Of a stretch of 64,000 bases of DNA, positions 31,120-41,530 are shown piece by piece. Each line of letters starts with the position of its first letter. The stretch's first letter is position 1. The notes under the pieces are model-generated. The model made no database searches. It saw nothing but the letters and a program-made list of their open reading frames with translations, and was not told where the DNA came from. The stretch lies in contig OZ244651.1 of the NCBI GenBank assembly GCA_965218695.1, positions 2,176,001 through 2,240,000 on the forward strand, read 5' to 3'. Source of the stretch: Nitrosopumilus sp. (lineage in GTDB: Archaea > Thermoproteota > Nitrososphaeria > Nitrososphaerales > Nitrosopumilaceae). The translations under genes were made by a program, and so were the position numbers.

Positions 31120-32643
31120 CTATTGCATCTCGATCGTGGACGGGGGCTTGCTTGATATTGCATACGTGACCAGTGTGACGTCTTCGATCTCGTTTGTAAT
31201 GCGGTTGCTCATCCTCTCCAAGACATCGTGGGGCAGCCTGGTCCAGTCTGCAGTCATTGCATCTATGGAATCGACTGCTCTGATGATCACTATGTTTCCG
31301 TACCTTCGCTCATCGCCCACCACGCCTACGGCCCTGTCGTCACCCACTGCCGCATATGTCTGCCATACTCCCTCGTACAGTCCGGCCTTGATCAGCTCGT
31401 CCTCGACTATCCTGCTTGCCCTCTTGGCAATGTTGAGCTTGGCAGGTGTTATCTCCCCGATGATTCTTACTGCCAGGCCGGGACCAGGAAACGGATGTCT
31501 GATGAGTATCTTCTCAGAAACCCCCAGAATCCCTGCAATCTTTCTTACCTCGTCCTTGTACAGATCCCTTAACGGCTCCAGAACATCCAGATGCAGCCAG
31601 TCAGGCAGCCCTCCCACGTTGTGGTGCGACTTTATCACGGCTGCAGGCCCCTTTGACACCCCGCTCTCGATGACATCCGGATAGAGCGTGCCCTGCGCCA
31701 GCCATTTGAACGGACCGTTCCCCTCGGCAAACTCTGTAAAGACGCGGACAAACTCCTCTCCTATTATCATCCTCTTCCTTTCCGGGTCAGTTACCCCCCT
31801 TAGCATTTCCAGAAACCTCTCTGATGCGTCAACGGCAGTAAAGTTTACGGCAAAGTTGTCCCTGAACATCCTCTCCACCTCGGTCTCCTCGTCCATCCTC
31901 AGCAGGCCGTTGTTCACAAAGACGCACTTGAGCCTGTCCCCTATGGCCCTGTGGATGATGAGTGCCGCAACTGTCGAGTCGATGCCCCCGCTGACGCCGC
32001 ACAGCACGTTGCCCTCGATACCAGCAATTCTCCTGACTGCCTCCTCTACGAACCCCTCCATGGTCCACTCCTGCCCTGCCCTGCACACATCAAGTACAAA
32101 ATTACTAATAATTCCGGTTCCCTTCTCGGTGTGCGCCACCTCTGGATGGAACTGGATCCCATATACGGGCCTCTCCTCTGAGACGATTGCAGCAGCCTTT
32201 ACGTTGTCTGTATGTCCTATAACCCTGAATCCCGGAGGGACTGCCTCTGCCTCGTCGCCATGGCTCATCCACGCCTTTACAGAATCCCCTATTCCTCCCA
32301 AAAGATCGCCTGCGTCATCTATCCTGAGTTGTGCCGAACCGTACTCCTTGTTTGCCCGCTTTACCCTTCCGCCATGCCTGTCCACAATCAGCTGGTGCCC
32401 GTAACAGATTCCAAGTATGGGAAGTCCCATCTCAAAGATCCCGTCGTCTGGAATGGGGGCATCCTGCTCGTATACACTTGACGGACCGCCTGACAGAATG
32501 ATTCCCTTGGGGTTGTGTTTTTTCAGCTCCTCGCAGGTAATGTCATAGGGAACCAGCTCTGCATACACTGAGAGATCCCTTATCCTTCTGCAGATTAGGT
32601 GGCTGTACTGTGATCCAAAATCTAGCACCGTGATCCTGTCCAT
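31120..32643 (-). CDS. guaA: GMP synthase (glutamine-hydrolysing)
   Basis: LDFGSQYS, GICYG, QFHPEV, SGGIDS, IKSHHNVGG, HPFPGPGL. Confidence 0.97.
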   Translation of the reverse strand: MDRITVLDFGSQYSHLICRRIRDLSVYAELVPYDITCEELKKHNPKGIILSGGPSSVYEQDAPIPDDGIFEMGLPILGICYGHQLIVDRHGGRVKRANKEYGSAQLRIDDAGDLLGGIGDSVKAWMSHGDEAEAVPPGFRVIGHTDNVKAAAIVSEERPVYGIQFHPEVAHTEKGTGIISNFVLDVCRAGQEWTMEGFVEEAVRRIAGIEGNVLCGVSGGIDSTVAALIIHRAIGDRLKCVFVNNGLLRMDEETEVERMFRDNFAVNFTAVDASERFLEMLRGVTDPERKRMIIGEEFVRVFTEFAEGNGPFKWLAQGTLYPDVIESGVSKGPAAVIKSHHNVGGLPDWLHLDVLEPLRDLYKDEVRKIAGILGVSEKILIRHPFPGPGLAVRIIGEITPAKLNIAKRASRIVEDELIKAGLYEGVWQTYAAVGDDRAVGVVGDERRYGNIVIIRAVDSIDAMTADWTRLPHDVLERMSNRITNEIEDVTLVTYAISSKPPSTIEMQ

Positions 32644-32647
32644 ACCA

Positions 32648-33304
32648 TCACTTGCCGGTCTTTTCAAGCATTCTTGTAAGCGACCATTCTGCCGCATTGA
32701 TAAGATCCCCTGTCCTGTCGTCTCCGCCATAATTCCTGATTACTATCTCCCGGATGCCGGTCTTGTCGCTGTCCACCGTACACTCTATGACCGACTCTGG
32801 TAAAATATCCCCCCTTTTGGCCATGGCCTCGTCCTTTCTCCTTATGTCCCCGATGATCCTGTCCATGAAGAATGAACGGAACGGCGGCGTATCCTCCCTT
32901 ACCCTGATGTGATCCTCAAGCGTAATGGAGAGCCGATCCTGTGTGATGCGCGCCCTTGCGATAAGATCCCCACCATTTCCCCTCTTGATTGGAATCGAGT
33001 CGTCGTCCTGCACCGAGTCCTCAGGAATGTCCTCAGGGGCATCCTCAGGAATGTCCTCAGGGGCATCCTCAGGAATGTCCTCAGGGGCATCCTCAGGAAT
33101 GTCCTCAGGGGCATCCTTTGGAGCACCATCTGTCCTTGGGGCCATCTGGGACGCCCTTGTGAAACTGGATTCCTTCAGAACCGTATCCAAAATGCGGAGG
33201 TTCTTCTCCAGGGAATCGATGGCCTCTTGGTGGTCGCTTATCTTTCTGGTCAGTTTCTCCTTGAGTGTTACAATGTCCCTTATCTGCTCCTCTGAGAACA
33301 TCAT
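32648..33304 (-). CDS. Hypothetical protein with acidic tandem-repeat linker
   Basis: N-terminal coiled coil, (DAPEDIPE)x4, C-terminal globular domain. Confidence 0.8.
   Translation of the reverse strand: MMFSEEQIRDIVTLKEKLTRKISDHQEAIDSLEKNLRILDTVLKESSFTRASQMAPRTDGAPKDAPEDIPEDAPEDIPEDAPEDIPEDAPEDIPEDSVQDDDSIPIKRGNGGDLIARARITQDRLSITLEDHIRVREDTPPFRSFFMDRIIGDIRRKDEAMAKRGDILPESVIECTVDSDKTGIREIVIRNYGGDDRTGDLINAAEWSLTRMLEKTGK
33018..33117. repeat. 24-bp coding tandem repeat x4
   Basis: TCCTCAGGAATGTCCTCAGGGGCA repeated perfectly. Confidence 0.95.
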
Positions 33305-33360
33305 GATTAGATGATCGTCAGGTTGGGTATTAAATGCATTCCAGCCAATACTGGCACGCA

Positions 33361-34113
33361 TCACTTTGCAGAACTGCCCACCATCCGCCCCAGCGTTTCA
33401 TAGGATATCCTTTCAAATCCCCGAATCTGCCTTGACGTGGTGTACAGTTCGGATTCCGTGTGTACTGCAAGCCATTCCAGAAGCTCCTGACCCTTTCTGA
33501 GCTTTGCAAGCTTTGTCTGGTTGTCCTGCATTGGTGTGCCAGAATGCCTCCCGATCCTGTCTCCAAAATCCATCCCAAACAGGACTATTCTGTCTGCACC
33601 ATAGTGGCTTGCAAGAAAGACTGCCCTGTCCCCGTCGGTAAACCCTCCAAAGTTTTGAATCCTGCCTGACTGTCCTGACTGGGCCGTCCCGATGCAGTTT
33701 TTGAACCTTCCTGCAATGTGCAGCCTGTCCCGGTTGTCCCCGTGGGCATGCACGACAAATATGGTCTGCGTATCTGCCATCCCATCAAAAAGGTCCAGAT
33801 CCCCGTCCAGATCGGTAACTATGACATCCGGCACGATTCGGTTCCTCATGAGCAGTCCTGCCGAGCTGTCAGCTGCAATTATTACCGTCCCTTCCCCGTA
33901 TCTCCTGAGATGCCTTACTGCAGACGGCAGCGAGGGTCCGGCACCTATCACAAAGATTGTACTGCCGCGTATCATCCTGGCGATTCTTGCCTCCGCGTCA
34001 GATTCCCTTATGATGGTTCCAAGAAGGGCAGCCGATCCCTCGTCCCTGTACCTGTCATACCCGAACTCCTTTAGGATCCGGGCATACTGGTGCTCCCAGT
34101 CCGGAATGGTCAT
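33361..34113 (-). CDS. mptE: 6-hydroxymethyl-7,8-dihydropterin pyrophosphokinase (archaeal)
   Basis: GAGPSL, IAAD, VTDLDG, HAHGDN, NFGGFTDGDRA; divergent from folP. Confidence 0.9.
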   Translation of the reverse strand: MTIPDWEHQYARILKEFGYDRYRDEGSAALLGTIIRESDAEARIARMIRGSTIFVIGAGPSLPSAVRHLRRYGEGTVIIAADSSAGLLMRNRIVPDVIVTDLDGDLDLFDGMADTQTIFVVHAHGDNRDRLHIAGRFKNCIGTAQSGQSGRIQNFGGFTDGDRAVFLASHYGADRIVLFGMDFGDRIGRHSGTPMQDNQTKLAKLRKGQELLEWLAVHTESELYTTSRQIRGFERISYETLGRMVGSSAK

Positions 34114-34141
34114 ATGACTAAAATTGTCCGGACACCCATAA

Positions 34142-35032
34142 ATGATTATGACTGTGATTGGAGGCGTGCGGGTGGGCAGGCCCCACAGGGTACGCATAAT
34201 GGGAATTCTCAATACCAGTCCCGAGTCGTTCTACAGCGGGTCGGTCCGCACCGGCAATACTGCAATACGCGATGCTGCAAGGCAGATGGAGGATGACGGG
34301 GCCGACTTTATCGACGTGGGGGGAATGTCCACTGCGCCATACCTTCAGACCATGATATCCGAGGAGACAGAACGGGACAGAATTCTCAACGCGGTGCGCA
34401 TAATCCAGGACGCGTCAAACCTGCCCATATCAGTTGACACCTGCAGGGCCTCGGTGGCCCGGGCCGCCATGGAGTGCGGGGTCCGGATAATTAATGACAT
34501 CACAGGACTAAAGTACGACCCGGAGATGAGAAATGTGGCATCCAGGTATGCGCCGTCTCTAATCCTGTGCGCGTACAGTTCCCGGCCTGTAAAGGGGAAT
34601 CACGTGGATGTTACATCCGGACTACTACAGGAGAGTCTGGATATAGCAAAACTTGCATCCGTCCCGGCAAACAAAATAGTACTGGATCCGTCGATAGGAT
34701 TCTTCAGAAGGGATGGAAACGGCGGCCCATTCCATACAAGGATTAGGGGCAGCTGGGTATCCCGGGATCTTGAAGTGATCCGGAATCTGAGTCATATATC
34801 CCCGGACATTCCAATCATGGTATCCGTATCCAACAAGTCGTTTCTAGGATACCTGCTGAAAGAGAATGATCCCTCCCGAAGGCTGGCAGGCTCGATTGCA
34901 GCCGAGACTGTATCTGTCATGTCAGGTGCCAGCGTCATCCGCACCCACAACGTAAGAGCTGCTAGGGATGCGGCAACCGTTGCCGCTGCGCTGATGCGCA
35001 GCGACCGTCGCAAGGATCCCGGCAATTGTTAG
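34142..35032 (+). CDS. folP: Dihydropteroate synthase
   Basis: MGILNTSPESF, IDVGGMSTAP, ISVDT, INDITG, SNKSF, IRTHNV. Confidence 0.93.
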   Translation: MIMTVIGGVRVGRPHRVRIMGILNTSPESFYSGSVRTGNTAIRDAARQMEDDGADFIDVGGMSTAPYLQTMISEETERDRILNAVRIIQDASNLPISVDTCRASVARAAMECGVRIINDITGLKYDPEMRNVASRYAPSLILCAYSSRPVKGNHVDVTSGLLQESLDIAKLASVPANKIVLDPSIGFFRRDGNGGPFHTRIRGSWVSRDLEVIRNLSHISPDIPIMVSVSNKSFLGYLLKENDPSRRLAGSIAAETVSVMSGASVIRTHNVRAARDAATVAAALMRSDRRKDPGNC

Positions 35033-35195
35033 AGATTGGCACCTCTCGGATATGGCTATCACACACGGTCTGCGACACCAGAAATTTTACATCTTTCAAA
35101 GCATCCTTGCATGCCGATGCAAACTGCCAAAGCCCCGCCGGCCCCCTCAAAACAAAGGCTTATAATCAATATGGACACTTCCTAACAAGGTTTCA

Positions 35196-36626
35196 TTGGA
35201 ATTCAAAGAGGGGTTGACATTTGACGATGTTCTCCTTGTTCCCAAATACTCCAACATTACAAGCAGGAGCCAGACTGATCTGACCACCCGGCTGTCCCGC
35301 AACATCTCAATCAACATTCCGTTTGTAAGTGCAAACATGGATACTGTCACAGAGTCCTCCATGGCAGTGGCCATGGCCCGGGCAGGCGGAATCGGCATCA
35401 TACACAGGTTCCTGACGATAAAGGAGCAGGCAGACGAGATCCTCAAGGTAAAGCGGTCAGGCAGCGTCATAATAGAGAACCCGTACCTGATATCCCAAGA
35501 CAGATCCGTTCAGGATGCGATGAACTACGCAACAGAAAAAGACGTATCCGGATTGCTGGTGGTGGACTCTGAGTCCAGGCTGGTCGGAATAATAACTGAC
35601 AGGGATCTGCTGTTTGCCGATCCGCAGAACACCGTCATGGAGTGCATGACCAAGGACGTCATCTCTGCAAGGCCCGGGGTGACCCTTGATGTCGCAAAGG
35701 AGATGCTGCACAGGCACAGGATCGAAAAGCTTCCCATTATTGACGACTCTGGCAAGGTCATGGGGTTGATTACAAGCAAGGACATTACAAACATTGCAGA
35801 CTTTCCAAATGCCTCCAAGGACGGCAAGGGCCGTCCGCTGGTGGGTGCAGCAGTGGGTGTTAGGGGGGACTTTTTGGAAAGAAGCGAATCCCTGCTGGAT
35901 GCGGGTGCAGACGTGCTTGTAGTGGACATAGCGCACGGCCACAGCGAAAACGCACTTAATGCAATCCGCAGCATCAAAAAGGCGTTCCCGGACGGGGAGC
36001 TGATTGCAGGAAATGTCGCAACCGCCAATGGCGCCAGAGATCTTATCCGGGCTGGTGTCGATGCCGTAAAGGTGGGGGTTGGTTCAGGCTCCATATGCAT
36101 AACCCGCGTGATTACGGGATCCGGCGTGCCACAGCTTACTGCGGTGATGAACTGCGCACAGGTGGGACGGGACGAGGACATTCCGATAATCTCAGACGGG
36201 GGCACAAGAAACTCCGGTGATGCCACCAAGGCACTGGCATCCGGCGCATCATCAGTCATGGTGGGAAGCATGCTGGGAGGAACAGACGAGTCGCCGGGTA
36301 CCGTCCTGACAAAGAACGGGAAACGCTTCAAGGTGTACCGCGGGATGGCCTCGCTTGCAGCATCCCTGGGACGCAAGTCAAAGGAGACCGGCCAGACATT
36401 CATCGACGACGAGATCAACGACTATGTGGCAGAGGGCGTCGAGGCGATGGTCCCGTACAAGGGAACAGTAGTCGACATACTCAAGCAGCTTACAGGCGGG
36501 GTACGCTCCGGCCTGAGCTACTGTGGGGCGCAAACCATACTCCAGATGCAGACCAATGCCGAGTTCATCAAGATGTCACGTGCCGGATTTGCAGAAAGCC
36601 AGCCGCACGATGTCTCGCTGATGTGA
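35196..36626 (+). CDS. guaB: IMP dehydrogenase
   Basis: LTFDDVLLVP, SANMDTVT, CBS pair, KVGVGSGSICITR, YRGMAS. Confidence 0.97.
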   Translation: MEFKEGLTFDDVLLVPKYSNITSRSQTDLTTRLSRNISINIPFVSANMDTVTESSMAVAMARAGGIGIIHRFLTIKEQADEILKVKRSGSVIIENPYLISQDRSVQDAMNYATEKDVSGLLVVDSESRLVGIITDRDLLFADPQNTVMECMTKDVISARPGVTLDVAKEMLHRHRIEKLPIIDDSGKVMGLITSKDITNIADFPNASKDGKGRPLVGAAVGVRGDFLERSESLLDAGADVLVVDIAHGHSENALNAIRSIKKAFPDGELIAGNVATANGARDLIRAGVDAVKVGVGSGSICITRVITGSGVPQLTAVMNCAQVGRDEDIPIISDGGTRNSGDATKALASGASSVMVGSMLGGTDESPGTVLTKNGKRFKVYRGMASLAASLGRKSKETGQTFIDDEINDYVAEGVEAMVPYKGTVVDILKQLTGGVRSGLSYCGAQTILQMQTNAEFIKMSRAGFAESQPHDVSLM

Positions 36627-36888
36627 GATACTGCAGGCCAGGATTGTGCATGCAGATCTGATTCTATACTACTTGTCACATCCGGCATGAGTGCTCTGAC
36701 GCATGAACGGATTTGGGGCAGACATAATATGGATCCCTAATTTTAAAAAAACGCAACCCATACTGACCATCTGCATTGTTTCCCTGCAGGCATTGAATAT
36801 ATCATGTAAATTAATGTCTGGATGGATGGATGGAGTGTACGGCGCCATTTTTTATAATATTTTTATACATCCGATACCATATACCGTC

Positions 36889-37140
36889 ATGCCACAGGTC
36901 AGTACTAGTGACGACATAGAACGAGAATCAAGGCGGGTCATAGGTGCATTGTACGGTGATGTCAGCGACTTTCGGGTCAACGCAACGTTTCAGATTCCGG
37001 AGAAGGGCCCTAGGGAGGCATGGGACGTGCAGGTAAACTTTATGCTCAACTCCCTAAAGTATACCGTCGATCTTGAGATGCAGGAGAAGGACGGCCAGGT
37101 AACCAATGCCAGGCTAATCGACACCATGACGCCTCTCTAA
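36889..37140 (+). CDS. Small hypothetical protein
   Basis: MPQVSTSDDIERES...; TATA-like TTTATA about 25 bp upstream. Confidence 0.7.
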   Translation: MPQVSTSDDIERESRRVIGALYGDVSDFRVNATFQIPEKGPREAWDVQVNFMLNSLKYTVDLEMQEKDGQVTNARLIDTMTPL

Positions 37141-37159
37141 TTTTTAAAATCTTTCAAGC

Positions 37160-37678
37160 CTATACTGTCAGAATCTTTTTTGCTTCCCTGATCCTTCCAA
37201 GCAGGCTGTTAATGTAGGTGTCTGCAAACCGCTCAAATGTTACATATTCGTTGGCTCTTTCCAGACTCTTCTGTTTTTTGTACTCTGCTTGTAGCCATTC
37301 AAAATCGGACTCCTTGAGGTTGATGGTGCAATTCTGGGAGTCAAACTTTGACTCTATCACGTTGGCGATGAAATAGCTGACAAACTTTGTAAAACACTTT
37401 ACCCGATACTTCTCATAATACTCCTCTCCAAGCTCCGTATGGTTTGCCTCCAGCCACTGCTGTATATCCAACCTGATGGTCATGGTGTTGTATCGTCCTG
37501 AAAGATCAAGCCTGATCCTGTGCGACTCCACGGAGTAGTAGTCGCGCTTTACCTCATTCATCATGATGATCAGCGTGCTTGGAAGAAACATCCCCGGATA
37601 GTTCTTGTCTGTTACATCCTGCAGTTTTGCAATGATCGCAGGCTTCAGACCCACGGTAGCATAGCCTTTTCCGGGCAT
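37160..37678 (-). CDS. Hypothetical protein, possibly tandem ribbon-helix-helix-like
   Basis: Three internal units (YATVGLK, YNTMTIR, NCTINLK), each followed by helices. Confidence 0.7.
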   Translation of the reverse strand: MPGKGYATVGLKPAIIAKLQDVTDKNYPGMFLPSTLIIMMNEVKRDYYSVESHRIRLDLSGRYNTMTIRLDIQQWLEANHTELGEEYYEKYRVKCFTKFVSYFIANVIESKFDSQNCTINLKESDFEWLQAEYKKQKSLERANEYVTFERFADTYINSLLGRIREAKKILTV

Positions 37679-37813
37679 ACACAATAGACTGATCTGATGC
37701 TTATATCATTTTCAGATTTTTGTACGTGTCTGTCCTTTCAGCACCATATCGCATCCGGTATTTGCTCCCCGGACATCATACGTGTATGATTCTGCATCGC
37801 AGACTAATCCGTA

Positions 37814-37975
37814 CTATTTCTTGAACTCCTTTACCAGTCGGATTGCCACCCACGCTGTTCCCATTATCATGGTTCCGACACCAAGACCGCTATAGAACGG
37901 ATCTTCTCCACCGGTCTGGCTCAGGCCGATTCCCAGTATAATCAAAATAACTGCAAACGCATACTGCTTGTCCAC
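37814..37975 (-). CDS. Small two-TM membrane protein (53 aa)
   Basis: GTG start, MDKQYAFAVILIILGIGLSQ...AWVAIRLVKEFKK*; below ORF-track cutoff. Confidence 0.6.
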   Translation of the reverse strand: MDKQYAFAVILIILGIGLSQTGGEDPFYSGLGVGTMIMGTAWVAIRLVKEFKK

Positions 37976-38132
37976 ATCTCTCTTAGGGTTGATGAACTAA
38001 TAAGATTTTGAAGGTGATGTCATATGCATGTAGGCTCCGGAATCGGATTTTTGACCATCGGTGTTCTGTTATCTGTCCGCAGGATCAGTTCCCAGATTTG
38101 ATCCGTTTGTGCCATCAGAAACATCCAAAAAC

Positions 38133-39773
38133 GTATCTGTGTAGTTTTTTGATCAAATGTTGAACTCCATATCTACAATCAGAAAATCCGCGTCTGTCTA
38201 ATTTTTTAAAACTATTTTTGATCACTTGATCGAGTTTTTCTCTCCGTCCTAATTTTTAGATCATTGTTGCCCACGGTTTGCATATGTCTGATGATAATTC
38301 CGAGTCAAAGATTGCAGAACTGGAGGAAAAAGTGGGTGTGATGGCAGAGCAGATGGCCGAAAAAGACCGGCAGATGGCCGAAAAAGACCGGCAGATGGCC
38401 AAACTCGCTGATCTTTACGCTGCCGCCCTCAAACAGATCCAGGATCTCACGGCAGAGTTGCAGGAGGCAAAGGGCATCATATCGGCTGCCGTTGCAAGGA
38501 GCATCGGCGCAAAACCGGACAAAAAGACCGGCAGTACCCGGCGCCGCGCAAAGGGCAAGGGCAAGGCCAAGGGCAAGCCAAGTGACCACAAACGCACGGG
38601 CCTTGCGCGTCCTGAAAGAATAGACGCAGAGGAGACGGCAGATCCCCACACGTGCGACAACTGCGGCAGCTCCGACCTCTCCGAGTGCGTATCCACGTAC
38701 ACAAAGGTGGTAAGGGAGGCTGCCAAGACGGAACTAAAGCACATCAAGGTGACAGTAAAGAGAAGGCGTTGCAGGAACTGCAAGAGGACCGTGTCCGGCA
38801 GGACCCCGCTGGCACTGCCAAACTCCAGGTACGGGATCAACTTTATGATAATGATGGTCATCCTCAGGCTGCACGGCATGTCAGACCTCAGAATATGCAA
38901 TATTGTCATGATGATGTACTCGGCAAGAATCACGGAATCTGCGATAAACCGCATGGTGTGCAGGATGGCCCGGGAGCTCGGGCCGCTGTACGAGAAGATC
39001 AAGGAGGAGGTAAGAAACTCGCCTGCGATAAACGGGGACGAGACAATCTGGCGCGTCGACGGCACGAACTACTGGCTGTGGGTGGCTGTAGCCAGGTACG
39101 CCGTAATCTACGAGGTGCACCGCCACAGGAACTCGAAGGTTCCAAAAAAGATGCTCGGCAAGGACTACCCGGGATGCGTCACGTCTGACTCGTGGGCCGC
39201 GTGGAACGTCATCGGATCCGAACACCAAAAGTGCCACCTTCATTACGCCCGGGACATCAAGGACACCCTGAAATACAAGAATCCCGGCTACGACTACAAG
39301 CGTCACGCAAGGACGCTGCGCGCGATACTGTGGGACTCGCACATCGACGGCGCCGTTCCGGGAGGGGCAGACGCGCTTGCCGCAAAGAAGAGGCTGGATC
39401 GTCGTATTGCGTCACTTATCGGCAGGCTCGAAAAGGACCGCGACTGCAAGCACTGCAACAGGATGCGCAAGAGGCTGGTGCGGGAAAAAGGCCACCTGTT
39501 TGCGTTTCTGGAGACAGACGGCGTCGAATACCACAACAACCGGGCAGAGCGGGCCATCAGGCCGTGCGTCATCCTGCGCAAGAACAGCAACGGGAGCAGG
39601 TCAAAGAAGGGTGCAGATGCCATTGCCACGCTGATGAGCATCAAGCAGACATGCAAGGCAAGGGGAGATGATCTTGGCACGATCCTGCGCGAGGGCCTGG
39701 CTCCACGTCAAAAAACTGCATAGACGCGCGTAGGCATGGAGTTCAACATTTGATCAAAAAACTATGCAGTTAC
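38133..39773 (+). mobile_element. IS66-family single-gene element
   Basis: 38-bp TIR with 3 mismatches (GTATCTGTGTAGTTTTTTGATCAAATGTTGAACTCCAT); 8-bp DR CCAAAAAC at 38125-38132 and 39774-39781. Confidence 0.93.
38278..39723 (+). CDS. IS66 transposase
   Basis: CDNC/CRNC Zn ribbon, GDETIW, TSDSW, QKCHLHYAR, HNNRAERAIR. Confidence 0.93.
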   Translation: MHMSDDNSESKIAELEEKVGVMAEQMAEKDRQMAEKDRQMAKLADLYAAALKQIQDLTAELQEAKGIISAAVARSIGAKPDKKTGSTRRRAKGKGKAKGKPSDHKRTGLARPERIDAEETADPHTCDNCGSSDLSECVSTYTKVVREAAKTELKHIKVTVKRRRCRNCKRTVSGRTPLALPNSRYGINFMIMMVILRLHGMSDLRICNIVMMMYSARITESAINRMVCRMARELGPLYEKIKEEVRNSPAINGDETIWRVDGTNYWLWVAVARYAVIYEVHRHRNSKVPKKMLGKDYPGCVTSDSWAAWNVIGSEHQKCHLHYARDIKDTLKYKNPGYDYKRHARTLRAILWDSHIDGAVPGGADALAAKKRLDRRIASLIGRLEKDRDCKHCNRMRKRLVREKGHLFAFLETDGVEYHNNRAERAIRPCVILRKNSNGSRSKKGADAIATLMSIKQTCKARGDDLGTILREGLAPRQKTA

Positions 39774-39867
39774 CCAAAAACCCAAAAATTACATAGTTTT
39801 TCCAATAAAATGTACTATACGCATTATTTTTACACACTAAAACGTATTATACCTGAAAATTTCAATA

Positions 39868-39875
39868 TTTATATA
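39868..39875 (+). promoter_or_regulatory. TATA box of the symporter gene (leaderless-type)
   Basis: TTTATATA ending 23 bp before ATG 39898. Confidence 0.6.
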
Positions 39876-39897
39876 ATTTCCTGCGCATCTATAATCG

Positions 39898-41484
39898 ATG
39901 GTAGAGATTGATGGGTTTGGTATTGCAATTATCGGATTCATCGTTCTCACGCTTGTAGTGGGCATCCTTGCAGGCAGGCTGGTAAAAAAGAGCGGCAAGA
40001 GGCTGATAGTTGCAGGCAAGAGCCTGCCACTGGTCATGGTCGGAACAATGCTTGCAGCACAGGCAGTGGACGGAAACGCGTCACTGGGAAACATCGCACT
40101 GGTCTTCAGTTTCGGCTTCTGGGCCGGGGCAGTAGTTCCGATAGGCCTGGGCACGTGCCTGTTGGTGGTTGCCGCATTCTATGCCAAACCGCTAAACAAG
40201 ATGTCGATGATTACCCTCCCTGACTTTTACTACCGACGATTCGGAAATGGGGCCGAGGGGATGTCCGGCGTGCTCATGATTCTTAGTTTTATAATTCTCG
40301 TGGCAGGCAATCTGGCTGCCTGTGGGTTCATCCTAGAGGTCGTATTTGGAATAGACTACTTCTGGGGTGTACTGCTCGCATCCCTGGCCGTCGTGGCATA
40401 TACGATAGCCGGGGGACTGTTTGCCTCTGCATATACGAACCTCTTCCAGGTGTATCTTGCAATAGGTTCGTTCTGGGCTGCATTCCTGTTCTTTGGAGGC
40501 GGCTTTGCATCGGTACCGTGGGACGTCATATACAACAACGCCCCGCCGGAGTTTCTGGATCTCTCAGGACTGTATGATGTTGCCAACGGGGCTCTGATCA
40601 ACTGGGGTGCCATATTTGCACTCGGGCTTGGAGACATCATCGCACTTGACTTCATGGAGAGGGTGTTCTCTGCCAAGAACCCAAAGACTGCAAGGAAGGG
40701 TGCCCTCATGGGAGGCGCACTGACACTCTTTACGGTTATTCCTACAAGCATGCTGGGAATCGTGGCATTCTACTATCTTCCAGGAGACACAATACCTGAA
40801 TTGGCCATGCCGATACTTGCCACGCAGTTTATGCCGTTTGCAATAGGAGCTGCCATACTGATGGGAGTGATCGGGGCATCCATGTCCACTGCGAGCGGAG
40901 GGCTGCTGGCCATATCAAGCGTGGTCTCGCGGAACATACTGCAGAGGATAATCCGGCGCAGGTGGCTGGGAAAGCCGGCCTGGAGTGACAACAAGCTGCT
41001 TGTAGCCACGCGGATTGTCATTATCCCCATGATGATCGCCGGTGCCGCACTGGCATACTTTGTGCCTGCCCCCGGATTCTTCCTTATACTGGCATTTGAC
41101 ATCGTCTTTGCCGGGGCCCTTGCGCCTCTCACATTCGGACTCTTCTGGAAGAAGGCAAACATGCCTGCAGCCGTTGCCTCCCTGCTTGGAGGTTCACTCC
41201 TGCGATTGTCGTTCTTCTTCATAGTGCCAGGAGAGTTATACGGATTAGGCTCAATGATACCGCCTGCATTCTCGTTTGTACTGTTTATAGTAGTCGCACT
41301 TGCAACCCAGGACAAGTATCCCGGAAAGGCAAGGCACGACATACGGGACTATGTTCCGCCAGAGGAGGATATCATTGCCGGCGAGGATCTCAAGCACTTT
41401 CAGGAGAGCGACGAGTCGCTGTCCGGCGTGCAGAACACAGACACGTCAGGGCCGGACTCCGGCATGGCGCACAAGAATGCCTGA
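39898..41484 (+). CDS. Sodium:solute symporter (SSS/SLC5 family)
   Basis: About 13 TMs; VAGKSLP, TLPDFYYRRFG, YTIAGGL, GASMSTASG. Confidence 0.92.
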   Translation: MVEIDGFGIAIIGFIVLTLVVGILAGRLVKKSGKRLIVAGKSLPLVMVGTMLAAQAVDGNASLGNIALVFSFGFWAGAVVPIGLGTCLLVVAAFYAKPLNKMSMITLPDFYYRRFGNGAEGMSGVLMILSFIILVAGNLAACGFILEVVFGIDYFWGVLLASLAVVAYTIAGGLFASAYTNLFQVYLAIGSFWAAFLFFGGGFASVPWDVIYNNAPPEFLDLSGLYDVANGALINWGAIFALGLGDIIALDFMERVFSAKNPKTARKGALMGGALTLFTVIPTSMLGIVAFYYLPGDTIPELAMPILATQFMPFAIGAAILMGVIGASMSTASGGLLAISSVVSRNILQRIIRRRWLGKPAWSDNKLLVATRIVIIPMMIAGAALAYFVPAPGFFLILAFDIVFAGALAPLTFGLFWKKANMPAAVASLLGGSLLRLSFFFIVPGELYGLGSMIPPAFSFVLFIVVALATQDKYPGKARHDIRDYVPPEEDIIAGEDLKHFQESDESLSGVQNTDTSGPDSGMAHKNA

Positions 41485-41530
41485 GTCCCTCCCACGTATG
41501 TTTTAATATTTTATGGATAATGGGAAATAG

